Notes: generated from the sequence alone by a model not told the origin. A DNA stretch of 64,000 nucleotides from an uncultured delta proteobacterium (GCA_963802945.1 CAWDKY010000016.1:192001-256000); one strand, 5' to 3'; shown: positions 19,901 to 32,270, numbered from the stretch's first letter. Numbers and translations are program-made.

Positions 19901-22419
19901 CTATACGGCCTGTTCTTCTTCCTTCAGGTAGCCTTGAATTTCTTCATTGCCGGGATCCTGTTTGAGGGCTTCTATAAAACACCCCTGGGCTTCCTTGTGT
20001 TTGCCCAGAGTTCGGAAAGAAAGACCCAGTAAGCCGGTAGACCTCTCTTGATGGACCCCCGTCGGGCCAGGGCTTGATGCAAGGCGTCCACTGCCTTTTG
20101 GGGAAAATCGTTCATGAGGAGGGCCTTCCCCAAATTCATCCAGTAAATCCCCTTGGTCGGCTCAATTCGGGTGGCCTGCTGGCAAAGGGATAAAGCCACC
20201 TTGATACTTTCACCCTGCTGAAGATAAAGGGCTCCCAGCCGGCTTAAACAAAAGGCGTCCTGCGGGTTGTATTTTAAGGCCTTTCTGAAACAGGACATGG
20301 CCTCTCTCCCTTTTCCTAGAGATTCCTCACTCTCTCCCAGCGTCCGGTAAATAAATCCTTTTTTATCCGGAGTTTCCTCGGCCCGTTTAAACCAATAATT
20401 GGCCTTTGTTAAATCACCTTGTTCACGGTGGAGCCTGCCCAAATTAAAGGCCAAATCAAAATTGGAGCTGTTTTTTTCAGATAGGGCTTCCCAGATCTGG
20501 ATGGCCTTTTCCTTGTTTCCCATCCGGGCCAGGGAAAATCCAAGATTGAATGAGGCCATGAAATCATCAGGGGAAAGGGCCAGTATCCGGCGGAAGGATT
20601 CAATGGCCTTTTCCAAATGGTCCTGGTTGGCATAACAGACCCCCAGGCTGTTCAAGGCATTAATATTGTTCGGATCCAGAAATAAGGCCCTTTCATATTC
20701 CCGTACGGCCCCATGAATATCTCCATGGTTGTACAGCTTATCTCCGCTGATATTTAGGCTGACGGAATCAAAGGCGACAAAGGAACCGGGTCCCAGGAAG
20801 GCAAGATGATCCAAGGCTTTAATCGTGTTATCAAGGATGTCGCCCTTATGGAAAGGAGCGCAGGGGTATTCAGCCAGGGCCAGGGAGAAAGAAAGATGGA
20901 GGTCCTGCTTAAATTGTTTTATTAAATCCCTGGCCCACTCGCCTCCCGCTTTCCCGTCCATTCCCGGGATAAAGAGGATAAATCCGTCACGACCATAAGG
21001 ACCGACCATTCCACCGGCCGGTAGCCGTCCTTTAAGGCCCAGGTCTATTTCTTTTTGGATTTCCAGGAGGCCCTTTTCTCCCCAAAGCTTGAGCCGGTCG
21101 GCATAATCATCTAATCGTCCGATGAGCAGGACAAACTTGTCGGTATCTTTCAATGCTTCTCGTAATTTCTGCTGAAACATTTGAAAAGACCGAAGGGAGC
21201 CGTTGGTTAAAAGGACCTCTTCTTTTAGATCTCCCATTTTTTCATCACTGGGGGAAACCAGACGAACCCGGTCGTTTGGCTGAATGTTCAGGCCCGATTC
21301 CCGAAGATAAATGACTTCCGCAATACTGATTTCTTCCTGGATCTCAAGGGGAACGGCCAGACCTTTTTCCCGTTCGGGATCACCCTCGTCCCTAATTGAG
21401 AACCGCATAAAAAAACCGACTCCGGCTTTTTGCCCCAAATTGATTACGATTCGATGACCGGGAAGAAGGTCCACGACCCTGCCGGCGCGAAACAATATTT
21501 CATCATAACTTAGGGTGATATTGTTTCCTAAAGGTTGAGCCAGTTCGAGGGCGGTCCAGGCCTGTTCCCACCAGAGGGTCATCAGAGAAGAATGGGAAGG
21601 GTTGCCTTGAAAAGTCTCCTGAGACCGGGTATTAAGGCCGGCCCAGCCTAGATGATAAATAAATTTATTCTCCACTTCCGGAGAACCTTGAAAGGGTAAG
21701 ATCGGAGCCTGTATTTCTTCCTCTAGGGATGGGATAACAAAACCTATGATCAGAGGGTTGTGATGAATTGTGGACAGGATCGTCTCCTTTGGGAAACTCT
21801 TTTTGATTTCTTTTATCCAGACTCGCCATTCTGACTCCTGGGAAAGGGAGAAGGGGTCTTCCGGGGTCTCTTTGGGTTGGAGAGAAAGAAAGCCAAGCAT
21901 CAAGGTCGGTGAAGAAAGTCCATCGGCAAGACTTAATTTTTCAGGTTGTTGATCGCCCCATTTTTGGGTGAATTCTTTTAACACCCCACTCACTATCTTT
22001 CGGAAGGCCCTTTCATGATAGAGGCCGGTTACCGGATCCAACTGAACCTGTTTTGTTAATGCCGTCATTTCCAGGGAAAGACCGGCCAATCGCTCTAAAA
22101 GAAGCCTTTCATTGTTCCCGGGAACCTGGGGCCAGCCGAACAGGACCAGGAATCCCAAGGTTCGGCCGTGATACATCAGGGGCCAATAAAGTCTTTTACG
22201 CAGGGGATCAAATTGCATTTTTTTTTGGTTGACCCAGTGGCTGTCTACAAATTCTTCCAGGTTTCCCCCTTCCTTCCAGGTCAAGGCAGATTGGGGGCGT
22301 TCGGGAAAATAAAAATTAAGGGAATGAAAAGAAAAGAGACCCTGGAAAATTTTGGAAAACAGGACACGAGAGGCCAATAGATCTTCCGGAGAAAGGTCGT
22401 GAATTGTTGAAAAAGGCAT
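19901..22419 (-). CDS. Degenerate GGDEF-like plus TPR domain protein (C-terminal frameshift)
   Basis: DPVTGLY, GPYGRDGF (no GGDEF signature), several TPRs (NALNSLGVCYA); continues in another frame to TAG 19901. Confidence 0.72.
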
Positions 22420-22578
22420 CAGTGCCTATCCTTTGTTGTTTAGAAGTTCTTTAATAGGAAAGATATACGGGTGCTTGAATTTTGTCAACCATGAGTTCCT
22501 AGTATGATTTACAACTTGACAGAAAAAATAATTATAGAATACTGTTAGCCGTCGTCTTAAAAAGCTTAGGAGGTTTGA

Positions 22579-23478
22579 ATGAATATCTATGTCCGAGCTA
22601 TGCGCCTGCCCTTTTTAACCGGCTCTTTAGTTCCGGTCCTTTTGGCTGCCGGCCAGGCCTATCATCAGGGCTTTTTCCGGGGGTTTGAACTACTATTAAC
22701 TTTAATTGGAGTAGGTTCCCTTCATATCGCCGCCAACATGATCAATGATTATTTCGATGCCCCTGGAAGCGACATCATCAACCTTCATCCCACCCCGTTC
22801 AGCGGAGGAAGTCGGGTCATCCAGGAAGAATCGCTCAGTGCCCGTCGGGTATTAGGGATATCGATCTTTTTTTTCGCCTGGGCGGTACTTACCGGGTTGG
22901 TTCTTATTTTCATGGGCCGTCCTTATGTTGCCTTAATAGGCTTGTTAGGCCTTCTGGCCGGATTATTTTATTCAGCCGATCCTCTAAAGCTTATGTCTCG
23001 TGGTCTGGGGGAAGTTACTATCTTTTTGGCCTTCGGACCATTAATCACCTGGGGGACTTATTATGTTTTGGCCAATCACCTGACCTGGCCGGCTTTTTTT
23101 CTGGGCTTCCCCTTAGGTTTCCTGATCACAGCCGTTATTTGGATCAACCAATTCCCTGATTTTCAGGCCGATCGAGCGGCTCAAAAAAATAATCTTGTCG
23201 TTCGACTGGGACTTGAGTTCTCCCGCTGGATCTACTTATTGTTAATGATTATGCCCTTCCCCTTTCTCTTCTTCTTATGGGGAAGCCAACATTTTTCCTT
23301 CCTGATCCTTATGGCCTGGCTGGCCCTGCCTTTGGCTATAAAGGCCATCCGCATCTTCTGGAAAAACTATAATACCTATGAGCAGATCATTCCGGCCCAA
23401 TTGCTGACCATTCAAACCAATATGGCCGTTGGGGTGCTCATGCTGGCGGGCATACTGATCGGTCATTTTGTCCAATGA
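22579..23478 (+). CDS. menA: 1,4-dihydroxy-2-naphthoate prenyltransferase
   Basis: AMRLPFL, NMINDYFD, FSGGSR, GLGE, INQFPD..AD, multiple TM segments. Confidence 0.85.
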   Translation: MNIYVRAMRLPFLTGSLVPVLLAAGQAYHQGFFRGFELLLTLIGVGSLHIAANMINDYFDAPGSDIINLHPTPFSGGSRVIQEESLSARRVLGISIFFFAWAVLTGLVLIFMGRPYVALIGLLGLLAGLFYSADPLKLMSRGLGEVTIFLAFGPLITWGTYYVLANHLTWPAFFLGFPLGFLITAVIWINQFPDFQADRAAQKNNLVVRLGLEFSRWIYLLLMIMPFPFLFFLWGSQHFSFLILMAWLALPLAIKAIRIFWKNYNTYEQIIPAQLLTIQTNMAVGVLMLAGILIGHFVQ

Positions 23479-23892
23479 TTTTTATTGATAACAGAACTCT
23501 TTCAATGGGTCGATACTGGATAAAACCAAAAACCGATACTGGATACTTGATAAAAACCTCGCATCCGGTATCTAGCATCAAGTATCCAGTATCCGCAGTT
23601 TGATCCAGTATCCAGTAATTGCCGATGGGACTTCATCAGCCCTTCATCTCCGATAGAACCCCTTTTCTACTCGAGCCGTTATCAAAGAAATACGCCATTT
23701 CCCCTTGACCAGGATAATGGGTTGTTATATAAAAGAAAATGACGAACAGGATTTAGGCCCCAAGGGTTCAAAGATTCCTGGGTTACAGGGAAAATGTTCA
23801 GAAATTACAACGAGCTGAATGTTTAGGAAAAGACTGAGAAGATTTTTTGATTGTTTGATTTTTTTCGGCAGGTTGCTTAGGCAAGTATTTTT

Positions 23893-24270
23893 ATGATTTA
23901 TGGTATTGGGGTCGATTTGGTGAAGATGTCCAGAATCCAGGCAGCCATGGAAACCTGGGGGGAACGATTTCAACAAAAGATCTTCACCGAAAAAGAGCGA
24001 TCCCTGTGCTTAAGCAAACCCCGTCCCACCCGCTATTGGGCCATGCGCTTCGCAGCCAAAGAGGCCTTCTCCAAGGCAATCGGGTTGGGAATGCGGCATG
24101 GAATTTTTTGGAAGGATATTGAGGTAACCTCCGATTCTTTCGGGAAACCGGAACTGAGGCTTTATGGTCAAGCCCGTGAAATCTGCGCTCGAGTTGGAAT
24201 TAAAAACAGTTTTTTAACCTTAAGCGACGAAGACGGTTACGCAGTGGCCGTGGTGGTTCTGGAAGTATAA
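23893..24270 (+). CDS. acpS: Holo-ACP synthase
   Basis: IYGIGVDLV, RFAAKEAFSKAIG, GKPEL. Confidence 0.95.
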   Translation: MIYGIGVDLVKMSRIQAAMETWGERFQQKIFTEKERSLCLSKPRPTRYWAMRFAAKEAFSKAIGLGMRHGIFWKDIEVTSDSFGKPELRLYGQAREICARVGIKNSFLTLSDEDGYAVAVVVLEV

Positions 24271-24350
24271 ACAAACTGGAATCCAGAATCCAGGAGCCAG
24301 TAGTCAGAATAAAGGCCTTATATTCTGGATTCCTTCTTAGGTGTATTACT

Positions 24351-25949
24351 ATGATCTTAGCTACAGCCCAACAAATGAAACAACTGGATCAACGGACCAT
24401 TGAAGAGTTCGGCTTGCCGGGACCGGTCCTGATGGAAAATGCAGCCCGCGGGGCGGTCCAGATGATCCAAAGTCATTATCCTCAGGCCAGATCTATAGCC
24501 GTCTTCTGCGGAAAAGGAAACAATGGGGGAGATGGTTTGGTCATAGCTCGTTATTTCCATTCTCTGGGTCTAAAAGCAAAGGTCTATTTAGCCGGAGCGA
24601 AGAGGGAATTGAAAGGTGATGCCGCTCTTCAACTCCTTCTGACGGACAAACTGAAGGTCCCTTTGGTTGAATTAACCGACAAAATGGATCTTCCGGCCCT
24701 AAGGCATGAATTAATCCAATACGACCTTTTAGTGGACGCCCTTTTAGGGACCGGATTGGAAAAGAATGTCCAAGGTCTTTTTCGAAACGTGATCCAGTTG
24801 ATAAACGAGCTTCCCTTGCCAAAAATAGCGATCGACATCCCTTCCGGTTTATCTTCCGACAGTGGCCAACCCCTTGGATTATGCACCCTGTCCGATTTGA
24901 CCGTCACTTTCGGCTTGCCCAAGGTCGGTCAAGTCTTGTTTCCCGGATGCCGTTTTGTGGGAAGGCTTTTTTGGGTCGATATCGGCATTCCACCGATGTT
25001 CTATCCCCCTGCAAATGAACGGGTGGAATTACTGGAGCCCAAAACCCTGGCCCCATTCCTGCCCAAGAGAGATCCCGAAGGCCACAAGGGTCTTTATGGT
25101 CATGTGCTAGTATTAGCCGGTTCGAAAGGTAAAACCGGGGCCGCGGCCATGACCTGCCTGGGGGCCTTGCGGGCCGGGGCCGGATTGGTGACCTTGGGTA
25201 TACCGGAAAGTTTAAATGCCATCATGGAAGTCAAATTGACCGAGGCCATGACCGAACCTCTGCCCGAAGGGCAATCAGGGACTTTAGGCCCAAAGGCCCT
25301 CAAAAGAATCCAGTCCCTTTGTGAGGGGAAAAAGGCTCTGGCCGTTGGCCCCGGTCTTTCCCAATCCCAGGGGACCAAGTCTTTAGTACAAACTCTGCTA
25401 AAGCGATTAAAAGACATCCCGTTGGTCCTCGATGCTGACGGATTGAATGCCCTGGCTGACAATCCGCAAACATTAAAGACCCTGACCGGCCGGGCCATTT
25501 TAACTCCCCATCCGGGGGAGATGTCGCGATTGTCAGGACAATCGGTTAAGGAAATTCAGGCCGACCGCATCCAATCGGCCCGTGCCTTTGCCAGAAAATA
25601 TGGAGTGGTCGTTGTTTTAAAGGGGGCCAGAACCGTCATTGCCGATCCGGAAGGGCCGGTTTATCTGAATCCTGTGGCCCATTCGATATTGGCCAGCGGT
25701 GGAACCGGAGATATTTTAACCGGTTTGATCCTTGGTCTGTTGGCCCAAGGATTGTCCCTGACCGAAGCCGCTTGTCTGGGGGTGTTCCTCCACGGACAGG
25801 CCGGGACCTGGCTGGCCCGCGAGCGAGGGGGGCAGGGGATTCTGGCTTCGGAATTATTGGAAAAAATTCCCAGGCTTCTTTCTCAAAAGGACTACTGGGA
25901 TTGCCCGGAAACAGAGCCCATTCCGTTGATCCGGGAGGTGAAGTTGTAG
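24351..25949 (+). CDS. nnr: Bifunctional NAD(P)HX epimerase/dehydratase
   Basis: LMENAA, CGKGNNGGDG, HKGLYG, VLDADGLN, LTPHPGE, ASGGTGDILTG. Confidence 0.93.
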   Translation: MILATAQQMKQLDQRTIEEFGLPGPVLMENAARGAVQMIQSHYPQARSIAVFCGKGNNGGDGLVIARYFHSLGLKAKVYLAGAKRELKGDAALQLLLTDKLKVPLVELTDKMDLPALRHELIQYDLLVDALLGTGLEKNVQGLFRNVIQLINELPLPKIAIDIPSGLSSDSGQPLGLCTLSDLTVTFGLPKVGQVLFPGCRFVGRLFWVDIGIPPMFYPPANERVELLEPKTLAPFLPKRDPEGHKGLYGHVLVLAGSKGKTGAAAMTCLGALRAGAGLVTLGIPESLNAIMEVKLTEAMTEPLPEGQSGTLGPKALKRIQSLCEGKKALAVGPGLSQSQGTKSLVQTLLKRLKDIPLVLDADGLNALADNPQTLKTLTGRAILTPHPGEMSRLSGQSVKEIQADRIQSARAFARKYGVVVVLKGARTVIADPEGPVYLNPVAHSILASGGTGDILTGLILGLLAQGLSLTEAACLGVFLHGQAGTWLARERGGQGILASELLEKIPRLLSQKDYWDCPETEPIPLIREVKL

Positions 25950-26200
25950 ACACCTAGAATTTGGAATATGAGAATTTATCCATCACCATTTTGCAACCAG
26001 ATTTTTTATACAAAGCTTGGAATCCAGGAGTCAGGAGTCAGAATCCAGAATATAATCATAAGGCGGTGCTACGATATATCTTCATTCTGAATTCTGACTT
26101 CTGGATTCTGAATTCCAATATACATTTTGTTGGGTTGGTTTAACTTACTCCTGTTTTTTTATTTCTTAAATTGAATAACTACTCTGCTTAGGAGCCCGTT

Positions 26201-26650
26201 ATGATCCAGGCCAAAGATATCATGACTCAGGAAGTCATTACCGTTAAGGAAGACACCCCGATCTCTGAGGTGGCTCAAATCCTGACCGAAAAACATATCA
26301 GCGGGGTGCCTGTTTTGAATCCCGAAAAAGAGATGGTTGGGATCGTTTGTGAAAGTGACATTATCGACCAGACCAAACGATTACATCTGCCGACCGTGAT
26401 TAATTTAATGGGTTATATCGTTTTTTTGGAAAGCGGAAAAAAATTTGAGAAAGAATTGAAAAAAATGATAGGTCTGGCGGCTGCAGACATCATGACCCGA
26501 ACGGTCAAAACCGTCTCCCCAGAGACTTCGTTGGAAGAAATAGCCACGCTCATGGCCGAAAACCGTGTTCATTCCATCCCGGTCCTTAGAGGAAAAGATC
26601 TGGTTGGGATCATAGGCAAGAAGGATATTATCCGTTCTTTGGCTAGATAA
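26201..26650 (+). CDS. CBS-pair domain protein
   Basis: AKDIMT..VITV, ISGVPV, VGIV, second CBS with IPV..LVGII. Confidence 0.9.
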   Translation: MIQAKDIMTQEVITVKEDTPISEVAQILTEKHISGVPVLNPEKEMVGIVCESDIIDQTKRLHLPTVINLMGYIVFLESGKKFEKELKKMIGLAAADIMTRTVKTVSPETSLEEIATLMAENRVHSIPVLRGKDLVGIIGKKDIIRSLAR

Positions 26651-26661
26651 AGGATGCATCT

Positions 26662-27153
26662 TTGGAAGAGTCCATCCTTGAAGTGATGGTTGAAAGTGAA
26701 GAGGCCACGGAACAACTGGGCCGTAAATTAGCTTCTTTGCTTTCACCCGGAGATGTGATCGCCCTCCATGGAGAATTAGGGGCCGGGAAAACTTGTCTGG
26801 TTCACGGCCTGTCCAAAGGTCTGGGGATTGAAGAAGGGTTTGTAGCCAGTCCTTCTTTTTCTTTAATTAATGAATATCCGGGACCCAGTCCTCTTTTTCA
26901 TATCGACTGTTATCGCCTCCATTTGGAAGAGGAAATCCAGGAACTCGGGCTGGAAGAATATTTCGACGGTCCTGGAATCACGGTCATTGAATGGGCCGAA
27001 CGGATCAGAGATTTGCCGGAAGAGCGGCTGGATATTTCATTCACCATTGTGGATGAATCCCGGAGACAAATTCAGGTTAAAGGATCCGGGGCATGGGTCA
27101 AACGTTTGCAAAATTGGAATCTTAAATTTCAGAATCCAGGAGTTGGAAGTTAG
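26662..27153 (+). CDS. tsaE: tRNA t6A biosynthesis ATPase
   Basis: GELGAGKT, SPSFSLINEY, HIDCYRL, IEWAE. Confidence 0.93.
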   Translation: MEESILEVMVESEEATEQLGRKLASLLSPGDVIALHGELGAGKTCLVHGLSKGLGIEEGFVASPSFSLINEYPGPSPLFHIDCYRLHLEEEIQELGLEEYFDGPGITVIEWAERIRDLPEERLDISFTIVDESRRQIQVKGSGAWVKRLQNWNLKFQNPGVGS

Positions 27154-27275
27154 AAGTCGGAAGTAAAACGGACTGGCAAAGAGTTTTTTTCTTCTGGATT
27201 CTGAATCCTGACTTCTATATTCTATCTTGAAAAAATAATATTTTTTTCTAGTGAGGAGGAATTTCATGTCCCTGA

Positions 27276-28490
27276 TTGTTCAAAAATATGGTGGGACCTC
27301 AGTCGGCTCCTTAGAAAAAATTCGTAATGTGGCTGAGCGGGTCATCGAAATGAAGAAAAAAGGCCACGATATGGTGGTCGTCCTTTCGGCCATGTCGGGA
27401 GAAACGGACAGACTGATCCGATTGGCCTATGAGATAACCGGATCGCCCAATCCTCGAGAATTGGATGTCCTGCTTTCCACCGGAGAACAGGTTTCGGTGG
27501 CCCTGTGCAGCATGACTATCCAAAGCCTGGGATTCAAAGCCTCGTCCCTTTTAGGGCATCAGGTCAGGATTGTTACCGATGAGGCTTATGGCCGGGCCAG
27601 GATCAGCGAGATTGATACCCGGCGGATTATGGAAGAGATAAGAAAAGACAACATTGTGGTCGTGGCCGGCTTTCAAGGCCAGGATGAAAAAGGGAATATC
27701 ACCACCCTTGGCCGGGGGGGTTCGGATACCACGGCCGTGGCTGTGGCTGCCGCCTTAAAAGCCCAGGTCTGCGAGATTTTTACCGATGTGGAAGGGGTCT
27801 ATACATCGGACCCCAATATCTGTCCCAAGGCCAGAAAGATGAAAAAAATCTCCTATGAAGAAATGCTGGAAATGGCCAGTCTGGGGGCAAAAGTCCTGGA
27901 GATTCGATCGGTGGAATTTGCTAAAAAATTTAAGGTCCCGGTACACGTACGCTCGACCTTTACCAATAAGGAGGGAACAATGGTGGTTCAAGAAGATAAA
28001 AGCATGGAAAAGATCTTGGTTTCAGGAGTCACTTACAACAAAAATGAGGCGCGGATTACCATTACCAAGGTGCCGGATCGTCCGGGGATTGCCACCAAGA
28101 TATTTTCTCCCCATCTCTGAAGCAGGGGTAGTGGTGGACATGATCATCCAGAATACCAGTGCCGAAGGGTTGGCCAATGTGACCTTTACGGTATCTAAAA
28201 ACGATTATAAAAAAACCATGACTATCGTTAAAAAAGTGGCCAAGGAGATCAAGGCCGAACAGGTCCTGGGAGACGAAAACATCGCCAAGGTTTCCATCGT
28301 CGGATTGGGGATGCGCAACCACGCCGGAGTGGCCACCACCATGTTTTCTGCCCTGGCTAAAGAAGGGATCAACATCCTGATGATTTCCACCTCTGAGATC
28401 AAGATCTCCTGCGTCATCGAAGAGAAATATACCGAACTGGCAGTAAGAACCTTGCACAGTGCTTTTAATTTGGATGAAGAACTGAAATAA
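27276..28490 (+). CDS. lysC: Aspartate kinase (frameshift near 28110)
   Basis: [28 protein letters not shown]; ACT domains with ISTSEIKIS in the second frame. Confidence 0.94.
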
Positions 28491-28606
28491 TTTGTGCAGG
28501 TTCAAGGTGTAAGGTGCAAGGCTTTTGATTCAAGAGTTATTTCTTTCCGTATTTCTACCGTGCAACGTTTACCGTTTACCTAAGACCAAAAGGTGTTGAG
28601 TAACCC

Positions 28607-30191
28607 ATGAAACCCATCGATATCTACGATTGTACCCTACGGGATGGAACCCAGGCCGAGGATTTTAATCTGTCGGTCGAAGACAAAATCCGAATCGCCA
28701 AAAAACTCGACGAATTGGGACTCGCTTATATCGAAGGAGGTTGGCCGGGGTCCAATCCCAAGGATGTGGAATTTTTTAAGGCCATGAAAGGGATTTCCCT
28801 TAAACAGGCCCTGCTCTCGGCCTTTGGAAGTACCCATAATCCAAAGACCCAACCGGCGAAAGATCCCAATCTGAAGGCCCTGCTCCAGGCCCGGACCCCG
28901 GTCGTCACGATCTTCGGCAAGAGCTGGGATGTCCATGTCCGGGACGCTTTGCGCATCACTTTGGAAAGAAACCTCCGGATTATCGAAGACTCCCTGGCCC
29001 TGGTTCGGCCTAAAGTGAGCAAACTCTTTTACGATGCCGAACATTTTTTCGACGGCTATCAAGCCAACCCGGAATACGCCCTGGCCACTTTAAAAGCCGC
29101 AATTCGGGCCAAGGTGGATTGCCTGATCCTTTGTGACACCAACGGCGGGACTTTGCCCGGCAAATTAGCCTCCATTATCCAGGCCGTTAAGAAAGAAATT
29201 AAAGGGACCCCCCTGGGAATTCACGCCCATAACGACTGCGACTGTTCCGTGGCTAATGTAGTGGCTGCTGTGGAATTGGGTATCAGGCATGTGCAGGGAA
29301 CGATCAATGGATTCGGGGATCGCTGTGGCAATGCCAATCTTTGTTCCATCATTCCCAACTTGCAATTGAAACTCGGGTTGCCGGTTCTGAAGCCCGATCA
29401 GCTTAAAAAAATCCGGGACGTCTCCCGGTTCGTCGATGAACTGGCCAATATCCGTCAGAATAAATATCAACCTTATGTGGGGGACAGTGCCTTCTCCCAT
29501 AAAGGTGGAATCCATGTCAGTGCCGTAGTAAAAAATCCGGAAACCTATGAACATATCCGTCCGGAGTTGGTTGGGAATGTTCAAAGAATCCTGGTCTCGG
29601 ATCTGGCCGGCCGGAGCAACATCCTTTCTAAAGCCAAAGGGTATGGGCTGGATGTATCCAGCAAGGATCCGGCAGTATCCACCATCCTGTCATCAGTTAA
29701 AGGAATTGGAACATCAAGGATTCCAGTATGAAGGGGCTGAAGGTTCATTTGAATTATTAATGAATCGGGCCATGGGCGACCGTCAGCAATATTTTGATCT
29801 GGAATGGTATCGGGTTACTGTTCAGAAAGTTCGGGAAGACCAGCCTCCCATAGTTGAAGCGAGCATTATCGTCAAGGTCAAAGATCAGGTTGAACATACG
29901 GCCGCCCTGGGAAATGGTCCGGTCAATGCTTTGGACAATGCCTTAAGAAAGGCCTTGCTGCGTTTTTATCCGGAATTAAATGAAATGAGTCTGGACGACT
30001 ATAAAGTCCGTGTCCTGTCCAGTGTCGAAGGGACGGGGGCTCGGGTCAGGGTCCTGATCGAATCTGGAGACAGAGAAGACAAATGGGGGACGGTCGGGGT
30101 TTCCACCGACATCCTGGAGGCCTCCTGGCAGGCCCTGGTGGACAGCATTACCTATAAACTGTATAAGGAAGAAAAGAAAACCAAAAAATGA
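28607..30191 (+). CDS. cimA: Citramalate synthase (frameshift near 29700)
   Basis: DCTLRDGTQ, IEGGWPGSNPKD, YDAEHFFDG, HAHND, HKGGIH, GNGPVNALD. Confidence 0.9.
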
Positions 30192-30775
30192 CTTCTCGGA
30201 ACTCCCTCATTCCCGAATTCACCCGTCTCCGGCAAAAAGGGCTTTTTATTTTTTCCATTTTAATTCTGGGTTTTATTGGATTCCAATATTGGGCAATGGA
30301 TCAAAAACCAAACTTGCCGGGAAACACCCCTTGGCCTGAAATAATTATAACGATTGAACTTAACGGTGAAGTCAATAGGCCCGGCCTCATCTCCTATTCT
30401 CAACCGACTATGATTCAACAAGTGATCCAGGATGCCGGAGGGTTTCCTATAAATCAAATTTTATCTTCAAAAGAGGGAACAAGAATCCTCGATCAGGATA
30501 CGACCTTGACGGTTACATCTAAGGATCATGGAATTCTCATCCTGCAGGATTCCCTGTCAGCTAAAGCCCTCTGGGTCCTCGGGAGACCCATTCCGCTTAA
30601 CCGGGCCACTAAAGAGGACCTGGACCGGCTTCCCGGGATCGGCCCCAGCCTGGCCCAGCGTATTGTTGAATACCGGGAGAAGCGTGGAGGATTTTCATCA
30701 TTGGATGAATTAATGGGAGTAAACGGCATCAAAGAAAAGACCTTTAAGAAAATAAAAGGGTATCTGACCTTATAG
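30188..30775 (+). CDS. comEA: ComEA-family HhH DNA-binding protein
   Basis: TM anchor, SLBB-like GEVNRPG, LNRATKEDLDRLPGIGPSLAQRIVEYR. Confidence 0.85.
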   Translation: MTSRNSLIPEFTRLRQKGLFIFSILILGFIGFQYWAMDQKPNLPGNTPWPEIIITIELNGEVNRPGLISYSQPTMIQQVIQDAGGFPINQILSSKEGTRILDQDTTLTVTSKDHGILILQDSLSAKALWVLGRPIPLNRATKEDLDRLPGIGPSLAQRIVEYREKRGGFSSLDELMGVNGIKEKTFKKIKGYLTL

Positions 30776-30952
30776 CTGAAAGCTGAAAGCCGAAAGGAAA
30801 TTCGGTTCTTCAAACCTTGGGCTTTCAGGGTTGAATTAACCTCACAGGATTCTGTAAACTCGTTTTTCTCGGGTAGCTCATGAGGGCAATCCAGCCGTTG
30901 GCGGGATAGATGGACTTTTTTTAGCAACCTGTTTAAACAAGGAGGATTTATT

Positions 30953-32173
30953 ATGTCTTCTAAAAATATTAAAAGGATCGGGATTATTACCAGCGGCGGG
31001 GATTGCGGCGGACTGAATGCCGTTATCAAAGGGATTGCCCGGGAGGCTTATTCCCTGGGAATTGAATCGGTGGTTATCCCTAACGGCTATGCCGGTCTTT
31101 ATAACCTGGTGGATCTGAGCGACGTAGTCTTGCTCGATGCCGACAGGGTAAGCCGCATCGAGGCCTCTCTGGCCGGATCGGAGGCCGGCCATTCCCGGGT
31201 CAAGATCAGCAAGATTGCCGATCCCAAAAAATACGAGCGCATAAAAGAAGGTCTCAAAAAATTCCACATCGATGCCCTGATCATCAGCGGAGGCGACGAC
31301 ACCGGCAGTGTGGTGGTGGATCTGAGTTCCCGGGATATTCCTTGCGTCCATGTCCCCAAAACCATGGATCTGGATCTGCAACCTTATAGTGTCGGCGGGG
31401 ATTCCTCCATCAATCGTATTGCTCTTTTTGCCAGGGATTTAAAGACAACGGGCTTAAGCCACAACCGTATTCTGGTCATTGAGGTCTTTGGACGATATGT
31501 CGGACATACGGCCTTTCGGGGCGGAGTGGGGGCCGAAGCCGACTGTATCCTGATACCGGAAATCCCGGTTGATTTTGATGTGGTCTATGAACACCTGTGG
31601 AAGACCTACTGCGGCCGAATAGAAAGAAGTGATGTCAAGGCCGGTACCTATATTATCGTCGTTTCTGAAGGGATCACAGACGCCAGCGGGCAATTGCTTT
31701 ATGATGAATCTGCCGGGGTCGATGCCTTTGGACATAAAAAATTGGCTGGCGCCGGAAGATATGTAAGACAGCAATTGGAAAAACGATTAAAGGAAGACTC
31801 CGAAGTGAAAGCGTTTATGAAACGAGTCGGTATGTATGCCCCGGGTGTTTATGAAATACCCGAGGTGCGGGAAGTGACCCCTGGTCACCTGGTCCGCTCC
31901 GGTCAGTCATCTGCTTTTGATGTCAACTTTGGCCAAAAGGCCGGGGCGGCTGCCGTCCTACTTTTATTAAAAGATAAAATCGGAACAACCCTGGTCAGTG
32001 TGATGGGAAACCGGATCAATTATATGCCCACATCAGAAGCCATTAAACGGCGAGGCGTTGACATTGATGAGCTGGCCCTTTTTGAAAGCCTGGGGACCTG
32101 TTTTGGGAGAAAACCAAAGGAATATACTTATCAACTTCATGAACAAAAAGGAGTCATTGAGAGGCACCTTTAA
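30953..32173 (+). CDS. 6-phosphofructokinase family, likely PPi-dependent
   Basis: TSGGDCGGLNAVI, GGDDT, PKTMD, EVFGR, GHLVRSG. Confidence 0.85.
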   Translation: MSSKNIKRIGIITSGGDCGGLNAVIKGIAREAYSLGIESVVIPNGYAGLYNLVDLSDVVLLDADRVSRIEASLAGSEAGHSRVKISKIADPKKYERIKEGLKKFHIDALIISGGDDTGSVVVDLSSRDIPCVHVPKTMDLDLQPYSVGGDSSINRIALFARDLKTTGLSHNRILVIEVFGRYVGHTAFRGGVGAEADCILIPEIPVDFDVVYEHLWKTYCGRIERSDVKAGTYIIVVSEGITDASGQLLYDESAGVDAFGHKKLAGAGRYVRQQLEKRLKEDSEVKAFMKRVGMYAPGVYEIPEVREVTPGHLVRSGQSSAFDVNFGQKAGAAAVLLLLKDKIGTTLVSVMGNRINYMPTSEAIKRRGVDIDELALFESLGTCFGRKPKEYTYQLHEQKGVIERHL

Positions 32174-32270
32174 AAACCAGGCAACAGGCAATAGGTAAGA
32201 GGCATCAGGGTTTGTTAGTAATAATTTATAGGCAGCAATTAAATCCTATTGCCTGTTGCTTAAAGTTATT

